A stretch of DNA of 59,931 nucleotides from Geosiphon pyriformis uo1 (lineage: Eukaryota; Fungi; Glomeromycota), in NCBI GenBank assembly GCA_016748015.1, contig JAAOMT010000760.1:925234-985164 (forward strand), in the 5' to 3' direction. The notes under the pieces were generated by a model that was given only the letters and a program-made list of their open reading frames with translations, was not told where the DNA came from and did not search any database. Shown in pieces: positions 10,989 to 24,175 of the stretch; position 1 is the first letter of the stretch, and every line of letters begins with the position of its first letter. The translations under genes and the position numbers were made by a program.

Positions 10989-12355
10989 ATGAATTCGGAA
11001 AACTACAATAATTTCAAACAATATTTGGAAATGTTAACAATCTCAACAGATTGGTCCCCAGATAAAAAACATTGACTACAACAACAAGCCAAACAATATT
11101 TTCTACACAACAACATTATTTATTATCAAAATTTCAAAAACCCAGACAAACCACTCAGATTAATACAAAAACAAGAAAAAGAAACTATATTATACAACAT
11201 GCACTCAGATCCTTTCATCAGCACCACCCAAAGAACACTAAAATACTACTTTTGGCCTTGAATGAGAAAAAACATTCATGAATATGTCGAATCTTGTGAT
11301 AGTTGTCAAAGAAGAGAAGAAACACGCCCTACTGAACCATTAAATCTAATTAAAGTTGGACAACCCTTTGACTGAATTGGTATCAATTTAGTTGGACTAC
11401 TATCTATTACCACTTAAAGAAACCATTATATTGTAGTAGCCATAGACTATCTTACTAAATGGCCCAAAGCCAGAGCCATTCAACGAGCAGATGCAAATCA
11501 GTAGCAAATTTTATCTATGAAAACATTATTTGTAGACACGAATGCCCAATCAAACTTTTATCTGATCAAGGAACACATTTCGTGAACAATCTAATTCAAA
11601 AAATCTGTGAACAATTCAATGTCCAAAGACCTCTGTCTTCACTCTACCATCCACAAACAAACGGACTTGTAGAATGTTTTAACAGAACATTGTGTAAATC
11701 ATTAGCCAAAGTCTTAACCAATTTTGAGCAAGAATGGGATATCTTTATTCCATCAGTGTTACTAGCATACAGAACACTAAAACAAGATATCACAAAACAC
11801 ACACCATTTGATTTAACTTACAGAAGGACAGCAACATTGCCAATTAGTTTCATAGTAGAAATATACCCAGCACAACCAATTGATAAAAACAATTTCCAGG
11901 AAACACTTCAACAAAGAGCCTACACTCTGCTTAGCACATTGGAAGGAAAATAATGAATAGCAACCATTCATATTGAACACTCCCAAGCTCAACAAAAAGA
12001 ATGGCATGACAACAAATTGCCTTCAGTTATCAATGATTTTAAAGTTGGAAACAAAGTTCTCCTACACAGAACTAAAGCTGAAAAACAATGGAGTGGAAAA
12101 TTCGAAAATAAATGAGATGGACCATTTTTTATCCATGAAATACTAGGCAATGAATCATACAAGTTAAGACTTAATGACAAAATCTTAGCAAAAGTTGCAC
12201 ATAGAGATCATTTAAAACACTATCATTTCAGAAACAATCCTGAACCATTAATTCCACAAATTAATATACATTCCCCTTTAGTCAATCTTGAAGATATTCT
12301 CTGAAACTTAGAACTAATAGTTGTCATTGAACAACCTCCCAACTTGAATACTTAA
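10989..12355 (+). pseudogene. Integrase of A1 (HHCC, DDE core, GPF motif; no chromodomain)
   Basis: CDSCQ, DYLTKW, LLSDQGTHF, YHPQTNGLVE, GPF. Frameshifted. Confidence 0.93.
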
Positions 12356-12457
12356 ATTTATTATTTTCTTATAATTTAGAAACAATCTCACAAAAACAAA
12401 AATAACATAAAAATCTATACACCAAAAATAATTTTCTTTTATTTCAAATCTCTTATA

Positions 12458-13177
12458 ATGACTATTTCTTAAAACATTCAACAATTATTCCAAAAACTAA
12501 TGTTAGCTTTAAAAACAATACTCGAATTATCCATTACTATTACTGGAAACCACATTAATTATACTCAAACAGAAATAGTTATAAATTTAGCCCCAAATTT
12601 ATGAAAATATTATCCATATAAGAAGAACACAAGAAGTTATTCTGGAATTCATCTGCCAGAACTTTTAAAGCTTGCTTTAAGAGAAAATTTAATGTTTACT
12701 CCTATTAATATTCCACCAAATGCTACTATTCAACAAAAACTTCAATTGTGTCTTAATGAAGAAAACTATGACTATACTCTAATAAATAGATATTTCTACA
12801 TTGGAAAAACACTTCATGAACGAAAACAGGAGCTTACAGCAGCAAACCTCACAAAAAAAACTATTCAGAAACAACTCCACAATGAATTTAAGACAACAAC
12901 TGGACCTACAAACAGTCATTACAAACTAAGAGCTGCTCTTAGACTTTATGATCTATTCCATACCTGTGAAAACGTCCTACAAAACCCAATTTTACAGTCT
13001 TTGAAGATTCAATACATTGGAAAGCTCACAGAACTGAAATTTCAACAATTTTTAGACCAAATTTTTTTAATAATTTTAGATTATTATCTGGAAATTACAG
13101 ACAGTACTTGGACTTCAATGGAGCTCAGTCTTGAAGAGGAGGTTATGTTACCAAACAAAATTAGAGATATTGTTTAG
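12458..13177 (+). pseudogene. ORF3 of unknown function downstream of integrase
   Basis: 240 codons from ATG 12458 with two stops explicable by C>T. Runs through the PPT into the LTR. Homologue in A2 at about 56760-57440 (-). Confidence 0.8.
13133..13145 (+). promoter_or_regulatory. Polypurine tract of A1
   Basis: GAAGAGGAGG-TTA directly before the 3' LTR. Confidence 0.85.
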
Positions 13178-14125
13178 CATGAAATTACCCTTATAAATCT
13201 TATCATTAATTAACATATATTATCGTTTCAAATTATCACTTATTACATTACCAAAATGTCCGAAATTATCATTTAATTAATAACCCAATTTGTACATAAC
13301 ACAAATGTAACCTAAGGTATGATGATCAATCATGCAATACCCTGAAATATATAACACTCAAAAGTTTGCCGAAATTTGTAGAAATTTGCCGAAATAATTG
13401 ATAGTTCACCAAAATATTTAATAGTTTGCAGAAATAACTTGTAGTTTGCCAAAATGTATCTTTAGTTCAGCAAAATTATAAAAAAGAGCAAAGTTCAAGT
13501 TCATAGAATAGTGTTACAACAAGTTGTATAAAAGAAAAACTTCTCTCTTTGAGAAAATGTATCTTACTTTAGATTTATTACTTAGAACCATTCCTACACA
13601 CACAAAAAGAAATAAATATCAAATAATTCAAAAAACCAAATTTTTTAATTATTGTACTTGGAAAATCCCAAAAACCCAACTAATGTTTTGAAATTGATTA
13701 GTTACCAATTTCAATAAACTGTTAGTAACTCCAGGCCTGAATAGAAAACGTTTCTCTTGATAAAATCCTATTTCTTTTACATTTCTTTTATTTTTTATTT
13801 TTTTTTCTTAGTACAATCATTAGGGTAGCCTACAAATGAGATTCCTGTAGAAAAGTTGACTTTGACAGTAAAGTAACTACACATTTTAGTGAACTTCCAA
13901 ATGAGCAATTCCTGGGAAAAAGTTGACATTTACTACAACGTAACTATACAAAGTAACTGGCACAAAATTGGCTATTCTACTAATAAGCCCAGCAGTTCAA
14001 ATTATAGGAAATAATTTGAAGATAAATTCAGTTACTAGAGATTTAACCACATCCAAAAAACGTGAATTCACAGCAAACAGACATCAACAACATTTAAGAA
14101 AAGAGACCAAAAACCTCTGATAACA
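13146..14125 (+). repeat. 3' LTR of A1
   Basis: TGTTACC...GATAACA; direct repeat of the 5' LTR. Confidence 0.97.
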
Positions 14126-14129
14126 ATGA

Positions 14130-17100
14130 GCAAGATTAATTCTATGATTGCAAAGACTGTAAATGAATCTTCTTTTGTCATCTTGGGTGGCAATTTCAAT
14201 GAAAATGGCTCTTACAAGAGTGCTAGCTTCAAAAAATGTTTTAATTTGGGTTTGGTCAATTCCTTGGGTGGGAGCTCAATAAGAAAGTCACTGACTTGGT
14301 GCAATTCACATGGTGTCACCAAGACAATTGATTATGTGTTTGTCTTCTCTAATTTGGTTAATGCTATTGTGGGTCATGATGTAATGGGTGTTGATGACTT
14401 TTTTGATACTAATCATAAAGCTGTTTTGTTTTTTTTGGGTCTGAGTGGTTTGTTGGATGTTCAATTGAATTCACTGTGCAAGCAAGTGAACAAGGATTGT
14501 TGGAAATTTGATTTTAGAAATGCAGATGATACTAGATAGTGTGAGTTTAAAGTGTTTACGGTGGCCAATACTGTTATGTTCTTGGATGTGTTCTCTTCGG
14601 TCATGAAGTTTTCAAATTTGGATGCAATATGGGACACTGTTTGCAAGATTGTGATTCTCTTAACAAATGGGACTTTTAAAAAAAAATGGTTTAAAGGTTT
14701 TGATAGTGTTTACAATAAAGAGTCCTCTAGATTTCATAAGTTAGAGTTGCTGGTTTCCAAGCTGGTTAAGGCTTCTTATTTGGTGTCTAGTGCTGACTTT
14801 GTTTTTTTGTTGGAGAGGTGGAATGATCTTAACTCTTTTAGTGTGTCAGCAGTAAAATTTCTTTTTTTTTTGGGCTCTAGTTTTGATTCTATTCGGTCTG
14901 CTCTGGCCAAGGCTAGAAAGTTATACCATTTCTTTAAGCTGTCAGAGTTCAGATGTACTAAGGAGTCTCACATCAGGCTGGCTATCAATAAAAGAATAGA
15001 AAGTTTTGAGTTGAACAAAAGTCACACCATCAAAAGTATTCTAGAGTGTTCTTTTCACAAGATTGTTCTGGATCATCTGGTAGTGGATGATGAATTGATT
15101 TTGGGGCCTAATTTGGTTAAATCTAAGGTAGATGTGATTATGGAAGAATGAACCAGAAAACATAGGGTTGCATTTGATTTTTTTGATGACTGGATTTGCC
15201 AATATTAGCCACTGGATTATGTGTTCAATGATGCTTTTTCTGGTGTCATGTGTTCGATTAGTTTTGACAAAATGTTTGCTGTGGTTAAGGATCTGCCTGA
15301 TAAGAAAACTGCTAATCTCTCTGGTATTTCTAATGAACTGTGGAAATATTGTGACAAGTCTGTTTTGAATATGCTTCTGGTGCTCTTGAATTTTTGCTTG
15401 GTTGGTGAATCAATACCTGGACTTTGGAAGGAAGCTTGGGTTTCAATGATTCTCAAACCATATGAATGGAAGGGTGTATTTACCAACATCTGTTCTATTG
15501 CTTTAATTGAAACGGCCCAAAAGATTCTCTTCAAGATTGTTTCAAATAGAATTTCTTCTGCTTGTAGCACTTTTGATGTTCTTTGTGGGGACAATTTTTC
15601 CATTTTGAAAGGTACAATGACACAGTCTCACATTTTTGCCATTGGTTTAGTAATTAAGGATGCATTGGAGAAGAGCAAAGAACTTTGGCTGGTTTTACAA
15701 GACATGCATAAAGCTTATGACTTGGTTGGTTGGGAACATCTCAAGGGGAGTCTGGTTAGAATCAAAATGTGTGACAAGTTTATAAGATTTTTTGGTGACA
15801 TTCATAAGAATCATATTAATAGGGTGATGACTGACTTTGGCCTAACAGATAGGTATTGTGTTCATGATGGGTTGAACCAAGAGGAAGTTTTCTTACCTCT
15901 CCTTTGGCATATATTCTATGACCCACTTTTGTGTGAGGTTAAAAGACAAAAAAATGTATGTGGTTATCAATTGAATTCTCATTTTATTTCCAAAACTGGC
16001 CAAGCGGATTCTCATGTTGGGCTGACCTCATTTCTTACTGCTGGTGCTTTTGTCAATAATACAATTTGGGTTGGTAGTAGCCAGACTGCTACACAGCACA
16101 TCCTTGATGTTGCTAGTGAATTCTTTAGGATTAATGACATTTCAGTTAATAATAACAAGACTGTGGTCATTCCAATTAATTGTTGGGTTGTGACCTCACA
16201 TCTTACTATTAGTGGCTCTCCTATTTCTATCACCAAAAAGGAGATATCTTATCATTATCTGGGTATTTTTTTGTCAACTGATAATATGTCAAGGTCTAGC
16301 TTAACTAAGGCTCATTCAGATGTTTGGGTTTTTGCTAATCTTGTTTTGAAGAAGGCAATCTCAGACAAACAGTTTGCATATTTGGTGTCTGCTGTCCTTT
16401 TCCCAATTATCTGTTACAGAACTTAGTTCAGTTATGTCTCACTTAGTGTATGTAATAAATGGAATGCTTTGATTTGCAAGGGCTTAAAGTCTAAGTCTAG
16501 CCTCCCACTCAATTTTCCCAGTAATGCTCTTCACCATCTTTCTTTGTATGGGCTGAAAACTTTTGAACAGATTCAGGTTAAAAGCAAGTCAGCATCGGTC
16601 ATTTTCTTTGTGAATTCTGTTGGTATTTTGGGTCGTTTGTTCTCCTACAGATCTCACAATCTCCAGGTTCTCAGCTGGTGCTCTCATCAGTCTTTTGAAT
16701 AATTTTTTGTCAGGTGTGATCCGTATTTTTTCTGGGTGCAAGTTGTCTCTAGGTGGTTTTCTGGCTGGTGCTTTTTGCTTTGGTGGTGGCACTTCTATGT
16801 CTCTGGTTCTTGGCAAACAATATTTTTTCAAGTGTGTTTCCTCACTCTGTTGCTATGGTATTGCATTCATGGAGCAGTTGCGAGACTGGGTTGGTACTGT
16901 TTTTAGTTAGAAAATCTTTAAAAGGTGGAAACAGTTGGACCCGTATGGTCCTGTCTCCTTTTAGTTCAAGCTTTCTGTTTGTTTTCTTGATAGTGTGGCA
17001 GCTTCTTTTTCTGGCCTTCCTCTGGTGGTTGGTTTGATTTTTTCTGATGTTCTACAATCTTGTAAGTTTGATGTCATTGGTAATAATTTGTTGTGTGCTG

Positions 17101-18400
17101 GCACTGCTCGTCTTTCTGTGTTTACGAATGAATCTTTGAGTGGCTTGGGTACTTTTGATATAAGAGCTGGCACTGCTGCATACTTTGAGAATATAGACTT
17201 GGGTTTGGATGTGGAGATGTCAGGCTTGGTTTCTTCTATGATGATGGAGTTGCAGGTAATAACTTTAGCTCTCGAGTGTGTTCTTTTCTTTTGTTTGGTC
17301 AATCTGTTCTTTGACAGCCAGGCAGTCTTGGATGCTTGCAGGTCTGAATCTTTTTTGTTTTGTCCAGATTTCAGAAATAGATGTTGGATTGAATACCATC
17401 ACATAATAAATGTTATTCATCATAAAAATTTGAATGTAAACTGGATTAAAGTTAAAGACCATTTGGGAGTTTTGGGCAATAAACATGCTGATACATTGGC
17501 TAAGACTGCTGTGTCATCTGGTAGGCATCTGCCACATATGGTCAATGAACGTTTTTTGGTAACTAATGGTACTGCTGTTTCTGATAATTCTAAACATTTC
17601 ATTCATGATGTTTTTTAGTCTGTTCATTATGCACGTTAGAAGGTTAGTTATGGTTCTCAGGTTGTGGCAGGTAGTTTTAGTGCTAATATTGATTGGTCCA
17701 GGTCATTGTTGGTTTGGCATCCAGATTCTTATCTGGCTGCTGGTTTCACCAGTGTATGAACTGCTGGTCTATATTCTTATTTTATGAAGACTTTATATCA
17801 CCAGCTCCTAATGGCTGTACGGAAGCATCTTTACAATAAGTGTTATCCTAATGTTTTATGTCTGTTCTGTAAAGACATTGAGGTCTCAGATCATGTCTTT
17901 TCTTGTCCGTTTGAAGCTTCTGTTCATGTCCGTTTGTTGGACACTCATGCCTCTGCTTGGGAGACATGTTCCAGTTTGCTTCATTCCTTCTTGTGCATTT
18001 CTCAGTTGTTGTATACTTGTGCTTCGAATGTGGACATTAGTGTTGCTCTGTGTAAAGGCTTTGTTTTCAGAGATTGGTTTAATGAGTCTGTTGCCATCTT
18101 CAAAAATCCCAAGGCTGTAAGTGTGTGTATAGTGAACTTTGTATGTAAGTTGTGTACAATGTTTTGTGAGGAGGTTTGGCTGGTCCATGCCAAACACTGG
18201 GTGTTTATGAAAAAAAAAAGGCTAATCCCAAGTGATGGCTCCATTCTTTTTTTGGTTTCTAGTCTTTCTTCAAGGCTTTCTGCTAGTGTAGTCAGGTTGT
18301 TAAGTATTGCCGATGCTCATAGTATTGGTTTTGAGTTTTGTAAGTCTTGTCAGTTTTTTTTGGTATTGGTGGCATAGTCTTTGTTTATATAAGTGTCTAG
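14130..18400 (+). pseudogene. LINE ORF2 remainder: APE C-terminus, RT, RNase H, CCHC finger
   Basis: RT motifs LQDMHKAYD, GLNQEEVFLPLLW, AFVNNT (decayed FVDD), YLGI. RNase H motifs VFTNES, ELQVI, DSQAV, WIKVKDHLGVLGNKHAD. Finger CLFC..DHVFSC. Confidence 0.92.
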
Positions 18401-18535
18401 TATTGTTCTGATTGGCCTGAGTGGCTAGTCACGTGTAGAAAATGCATGATTCACACCTAGTTTAGATCATTTAAATGATGTATAGTACTAGGCCACATTT
18501 GGACTTTATTCATTAAATGTTTAAAAAAAAAAATT

Positions 18536-18660
18536 AAATTAAATTATTAATTGAATAATAATTTAGATAATTTGCTAAAATAATAATATATGTTAATTAA
18601 TAATAAAAATTATAAAAATAATTTTATTTTAATTAATATCTTAAATTTTAATTAATAACA
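18536..18660 (-). repeat. Solo LTR A0, 5' portion
   Basis: Reverse complement begins TGTTATTAATT and matches the first ~125 nt of family A LTRs. TSD ATGT (1165-1168) / ATAT (18661-18664). Confidence 0.75.
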
Positions 18661-21083
18661 ATATATTTACTATATATAATTAGCTATTTAACCAATTTAA
18701 ACTACAATATACAGACATCACATTACTTATTATATTATTTATAACAATAAAAAACAAATAATAAAATTATTTTTTAAATAAATTACATAATTTTTTTTAA
18801 TACCAAACAAAAAAATTATTTTACTTAAAATATAATTAAAAAGTTTTTTGATATTAACCAGAGCTAAAATTTTTATTGACAAAATTCTGAATTTTTCTAA
18901 CTTTATTCTAAGTTTTAAAATAAATAATCAAATTTGCTTTCTATAACCAAAAACTAAATCATATACAAAATTTATTATTTTAAAAAAAACCAGTTTAGTA
19001 TATTTAAAAGCCATTCTGACTTTAGCTACTTATAATTTGAACACAAAACTTTTACATAAAACTATATACAAATTCATATTAAAAACACTTAAAATTAAGT
19101 TTTAAAAAATCATAAAAGAAGACAAATTAGTATTAAACAAAAAGTATCATAAAATTGAATATGCAATTAAAAAATTATATTATATTATTTGGTTTTCTTA
19201 ACAGACAAAACTATAATTAAAAAATTTAATTTTATTATAATGTATACAAAAAACACTATGATAATATTTATTATAAAGTTTTTTTAAATATCATTAACAG
19301 TTTATAATGTAAAGTCTTTATAATATAGATATACAAACTTGTTATGAATTTGTTAGTAAAACTAATTGCTATATATAAGTTAAGATGCCATATTAAGACT
19401 ATTACTTCTTAATTAATATTATTAATATACAAAAAACTCACTATATTAAGCACTAAAACTCATTTTTTATAAGATTTTTTAAACAATATTATCTAAAACA
19501 GCTTTTTTACCAGTTATTATATAGCTTTTAAACACATTAGCAAAAAGTATTAAATCAGAATAAATTGTAAAATCTGCTAAAACATTGGCATGTTTATTGT
19601 TTACAATTTTTAAATATTTTTTTATTTTTATTTATTTAACAAACAAACTTTTATTATAAATAATATTAATCACACTTTATTTAGTAAAAATTTTAAAAAT
19701 CAAGTTTTAACAAATACAATTCAAAATAATAAGCATCAATAGTAACTTGGCTATCTAAAAAAATTTTAACATAAGAAAAAAAATACACACTTAAAAAACA
19801 AAATAAAAACTAATAATTTAGTTAAAACTAAGAAGAACAAACTATTTATTTGTATATTTATACCTAAATTTAAACCAAAAAAATATGTTGTTGTATTAAC
19901 AGCAACAAAATATAAACTAAAATTATTAACAAGATTATCTGTAAAAATTGATAAAATATTTGAATTATTATTTTTTAAAATAGATTTAATATCAAAAAAA
20001 ATCTAACATATTTAATATACTTAACTTAATAAAAACTTGAAAAGATAAATTAAAATTTACAAAACTCTCTAAAAGTACAAATTTAAACATAAAAAAAAAT
20101 TAAAACTCTTAAAATTTTTCTAAAAAAAACACTTTTTAAACTGTTTAAAAATTGTTTAGCTAATATTATTTCAAAATACTTCAAAAATTTGACAATTTTA
20201 GAATACTTAATAATTTTTATAATATCTAAAACAGAAGAATTATAATATTACTTAAAAACAATAACTTGTAAATCTATAATTTTATATTTAAAAACTATCT
20301 TAGAATGCTATTAATATTAGCAAAATTAACAATAAAAGCAATTTTATTTTTAATTTAAGCTTAGTTAAAAGACTTTAGATTGTAAAATAAGAGATAATAC
20401 ATTATATTACTTGAAAAATTTTTGGCAAACCAGTATTAAACTTTAAATTATGCTTAATAATCAGGTTTTATTTTGTATATAAATATTTATTAACAAAACT
20501 AAATTGTATTTTATAGCACAAAATAAGATACAAAACAGCAGAAACCAAATATGTAAATTGTTTGTTTAAAATAGTTTTTTATTAAACAATTACTAAAAAA
20601 AATTTTATATTAAAACTGGTTTTTTTAAAGTTAGATATTAAAAGATTTTTTAATAATATATAAATTTCTAAATATTTATAAGGCTTATTAATAAAAACAT
20701 ATACTATTAAAAATAACATTAATTTTATATCAAATTCAACTTTATTGGTCCTAATTATATATTTAAAGTCAATTTTATAACTAAAAAAAAATTATGTTTT
20801 CAGACTTTATATAAAAATAGATTATAAAAAATTCTTCATATAAAAATAAAACATTTTATTTTAATTTAGATTATTATAAACTGTATACTTACTAATTAAG
20901 CCAAAATTTGTTATAATTTTGTTAATATAGCTATTATAAATATAACTAAAAAATTTAATAAACTTTAAACACATTTTAATTTTTAATAAGCATTTTTACA
21001 AATGTAATTAATCTACTAAATTAAAATACCTGCCAAAACCAAAAAATTATCTTTTTTTAAAATATTATACTTATTATACATAT
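18661..21083 (-). mobile_element. Decayed LINE L2, 3' half of ORF2 and tail
   Basis: Reverse complement aligns by eye to L1 RT (IKMC..FI.FF; TNFGL), RNase H (NKHANVLA), CCHC region and 3' tail. Confidence 0.8.
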
Positions 21084-24000
21084 TGTTATAGGTGATTATT
21101 TAAGGTATTGAAATAAATAACAAATTTGTAATTTGGTATTCAATAGTTATTGATAATGGTAATTTCTGAAGGTTTTGTGATCTAAAAGTTTTGGTTAAAT
21201 TTTTTGTATAATAAACAAAGATTCAAACTAGTTGTTTCTTTTGTAAATTTCTTTTTTTAGTATAGTAACTGGTTTAATCTAACAGTTATGCTCTTTTAAT
21301 AAATTATTTTTAAGTTTTCTATTTTTGTTTTATGAGTTTTTTATCAAGCTATTCTTTATGTTAATTACTCAATACTTAATCTTTTAATCAATTAATAAAT
21401 AACAAAAAAATAAAAATAAAAAATTAATATTTTATTAATAGTTATGATCAAAAGCTATTGGTTTAATATAGTAAAGTATTGGATTTTATTAACATAGATT
21501 GTTGATAATATAAATATAATTAATATTTTTTAATCAAGCAATGATAATATAAATTAGATAATAATAAAATAAACAAATATTAGTCGAAAAAGAAATTAGC
21601 AAAGTTATTTTTATAAAAAATAGATTAATTAATATTTTATTAATATGGATATAATTTTATTTTAAGTTATAAAAAACTATCTTTTAAAGAAAAAAGTATT
21701 TGCTAACTATTAATTATTTGTTACTGTTTTGTTTTTTTTGTTTTTAATATTTTTACTATATATACATAATTTGTATTATATAAAATTCTATATATTTTTA
21801 CTTTTTTTTACATTTTTTTTTGAAAATGTACTCATTCTTAAAAATATGTTGTAATTTTTTGAAAATATGCTATAATTTTCTAAAAATATACTTACTTGTT
21901 AAATATTATTTTCTTATTGGTCTATTTTATAATCTGTTTTTTATTTTTTTTTGTACTTTTTTTCTATGAATAATAATATATTTTTTTTAGTATTGAATTC
22001 TGTTGAAATTTTTATTTTGAATTAAGTTTATTACTTTTTTTCTAATATTATTTGTTTAATTTTGGTTCTTATGTTTTTGAATTAAGAGTTGGTTATTTTT
22101 TTTCCACTGGATAATAGTTATTGTTTTTATGTCTAAAAATAATAGTATTTCTGAATAATCTTAAAATATAGTATGTAATTAATAAATTGTTTTGATGTAT
22201 AGTATAGAATTTGTTTTTTTTATAAAGTTTTTAATTTGTTGTACTATTTTTTGATTGAACATTTTTTTGGATTAGTTAATATATAATTTCTAAATATTCA
22301 GCTTTTATTTTAACTGATAGTAGCAATATGTTATTAGAAATTGTTTTATCTATAGCTTTCAATTTTATTTAATTAATTTTTCAATTAAAATAGTAATTAG
22401 TATTTTTTTAAAAGTTTTTTTACTTTTTCTATAATTTTATTTGATAAATGTTTTGTTTAGTTTTGTGGTTGTTAATATAAAATAATTTTTTCTTTTTTTT
22501 TTCTTTGTGTTTTATAACAAATTATTTAAAATTAATAATTATTTTTATGTTTAATTGTTGTTGATTTATAATTTGAAATAATTGTTGTGTTATTGTGTAG
22601 ATGTAATTTGGCATTTTTATTTTTTATTGTTGTTTTGTCACATATACTGAGTTTTTATATACTATTAACTTGATCTACTTTTTTGTATTTTTTTTAATAA
22701 TTATGATTAATTCTAAATCTTGTAAAATTTTATTTGGTTTAATTAGTATTTTTTGTACTTTCAGTTGTAGAATATTATTGGTAGATAATACTACTATATT
22801 GTAATATGGTTTCAGTTAATTATTATGTACTGCTTTAATTAAAATTTTGTTATTCTATCTTAATTTATAAGTTCTATTTTCTAGAATTTTTTTGATGTAA
22901 AATGAATTATCTTATTTAGAATTAAACTTTTTATTCTATTGTTTTTTTGTTTTGATATAATGTAAAAATACTTTGTTTTCAATCTTAAATTTAACTAGTT
23001 TATTTGGTAATTGGTTGTTATGTTATTTTTTTTGTCTTTTATGATTTTTGTATATTATTAATTATTTTTTATCTTTTGTTTTCTAGAGTTTTATTAAGTT
23101 ATATGTTTTTTTCAACAATGTTTTTTAAATCTTGGTTTCTGTTATTGGTTTTATTAAATATGTATTGATATCTATCTCAACTGATAATATTGCTGTTCTT
23201 TTATATACTAGTTCAAATAATATTATTTATATAATATTTTATTTTATTATCTAATAAGCAAATAATACTAATAATATAAACAAATTTTATTTGTTTTGGT
23301 TTTTTTGGCTGATTTTAGCTATTGTTTTGTATAATATTCTATTCAATCTTTTGACTAAGTTATTTGTTTATAGATAATATAAAAATAATAACAGTCTTTT
23401 AATTCTAAATTTTTGATTTAATTTTGTTAATGTTTTGTTTACAAAATAAGTTTCTTAATCTAATAACAATTTTTTTAAACATTTATGTTAATAAATTAAA
23501 TCTTAATATATAAATTTAGCTATAAATTTTGAATCTGTTTTTTAAATGATTTTAATTTTTGGCTATTTTGTAAAATAGTGAATAACTACTGCTATATATT
23601 AATTACTTTTGCTAACTATTATTAATGATTTTATTAAGTTAATTCTAATCTGATCAAATAATTGTCTCACTTTTATTGGTTTTAATGATTTATTGGATTT
23701 TGTTTCTCTTTTTTTTTAATAAACATCACAATTTTAAATATATTGAATAATATTTAGATATATTGATAGCTAATAGTATTTTTTTAGAATTTTTTTATGT
23801 TTGCTTTTTTATAAAAATATTTTGCTATTGGATCTGAGTACATATTAAATAGTATTGTTTTTTTTTTGGTTTTGTGATTATTCTAAGTGGCTGGTTTAGA
23901 TCTTTTCTGTTTTTTCAATATAATATATTTTGATAAGTAATAAAGTATTTTAATTGTTGTTTTATGTTGTTGTTTTTTTTAAAATAATTTTTTCTTAAAC

Positions 24001-24175
24001 TATTGAGTATTAATATAATATTAAAATTGTTAATATTTTTATGTATTTATTTTTTGATATATTTTTGAAATGAAATGTTTTATTTATAACAAATTATTGG
24101 TATCTCTATTTTTTTTATAGTGTACTATATAATTGAATAGTAATAAATCTATTTTCTATTTTGCATGCTAATTAT
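21084..24175 (-). mobile_element. Gypsy family B copy B3, 3' half (end of RNase H, integrase, ORF3, 3' LTR at 21084-~21975)
   Basis: Reverse complement matches B2 40311-43462. Starts where 49986-55715 stops. Confidence 0.82.

Larger units (their letters stand above)
4311..14125 (+). mobile_element. Ty3/Gypsy LTR retrotransposon, family A copy A1 (structurally complete, pseudogenised)
   Basis: TG..CA LTRs, PBS, PPT, order PR-RT-RH-IN, 4-bp TSD GTGG (4307-4310) / ATGA (14126-14129). Removing the element and one TSD restores the LINE ORF2 frame. Confidence 0.97.
1990..18535 (+). mobile_element. LINE L1 (ORF1 + APE-RT-RNase H-CCHC ORF2), full length but pseudogenised, interrupted by Gypsy A1
   Basis: Two long decayed ORFs, 3' stem-loop tail, poly(A) at 18523-18533. 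Possible short TSD AAATTAAA at 1982-1989 and 18536-18543. Both flanks are halves of one LTR. Confidence 0.9.

Noticed and set aside
12458-13177. env gene or chromodomain
   Set aside because: No signal peptide, transmembrane segment, furin site or chromodomain pattern is visible.
14126-14129. ATG opening a 137-aa ORF
   Set aside because: The ATG is the mutated TSD. The ORF is the middle of the LINE endonuclease.
2606-18244. Many short minus-strand and alternate-frame ORFs
   Set aside because: They are shadows of decayed TE ORFs caused by strand compositional bias and have no motifs of their own.
21080-21083. B3 TSD (ATAT) as a seventh CpG-type site
   Set aside because: It is compatible with the pattern, but the other flank is lost at the adapter junction, so it was not counted.
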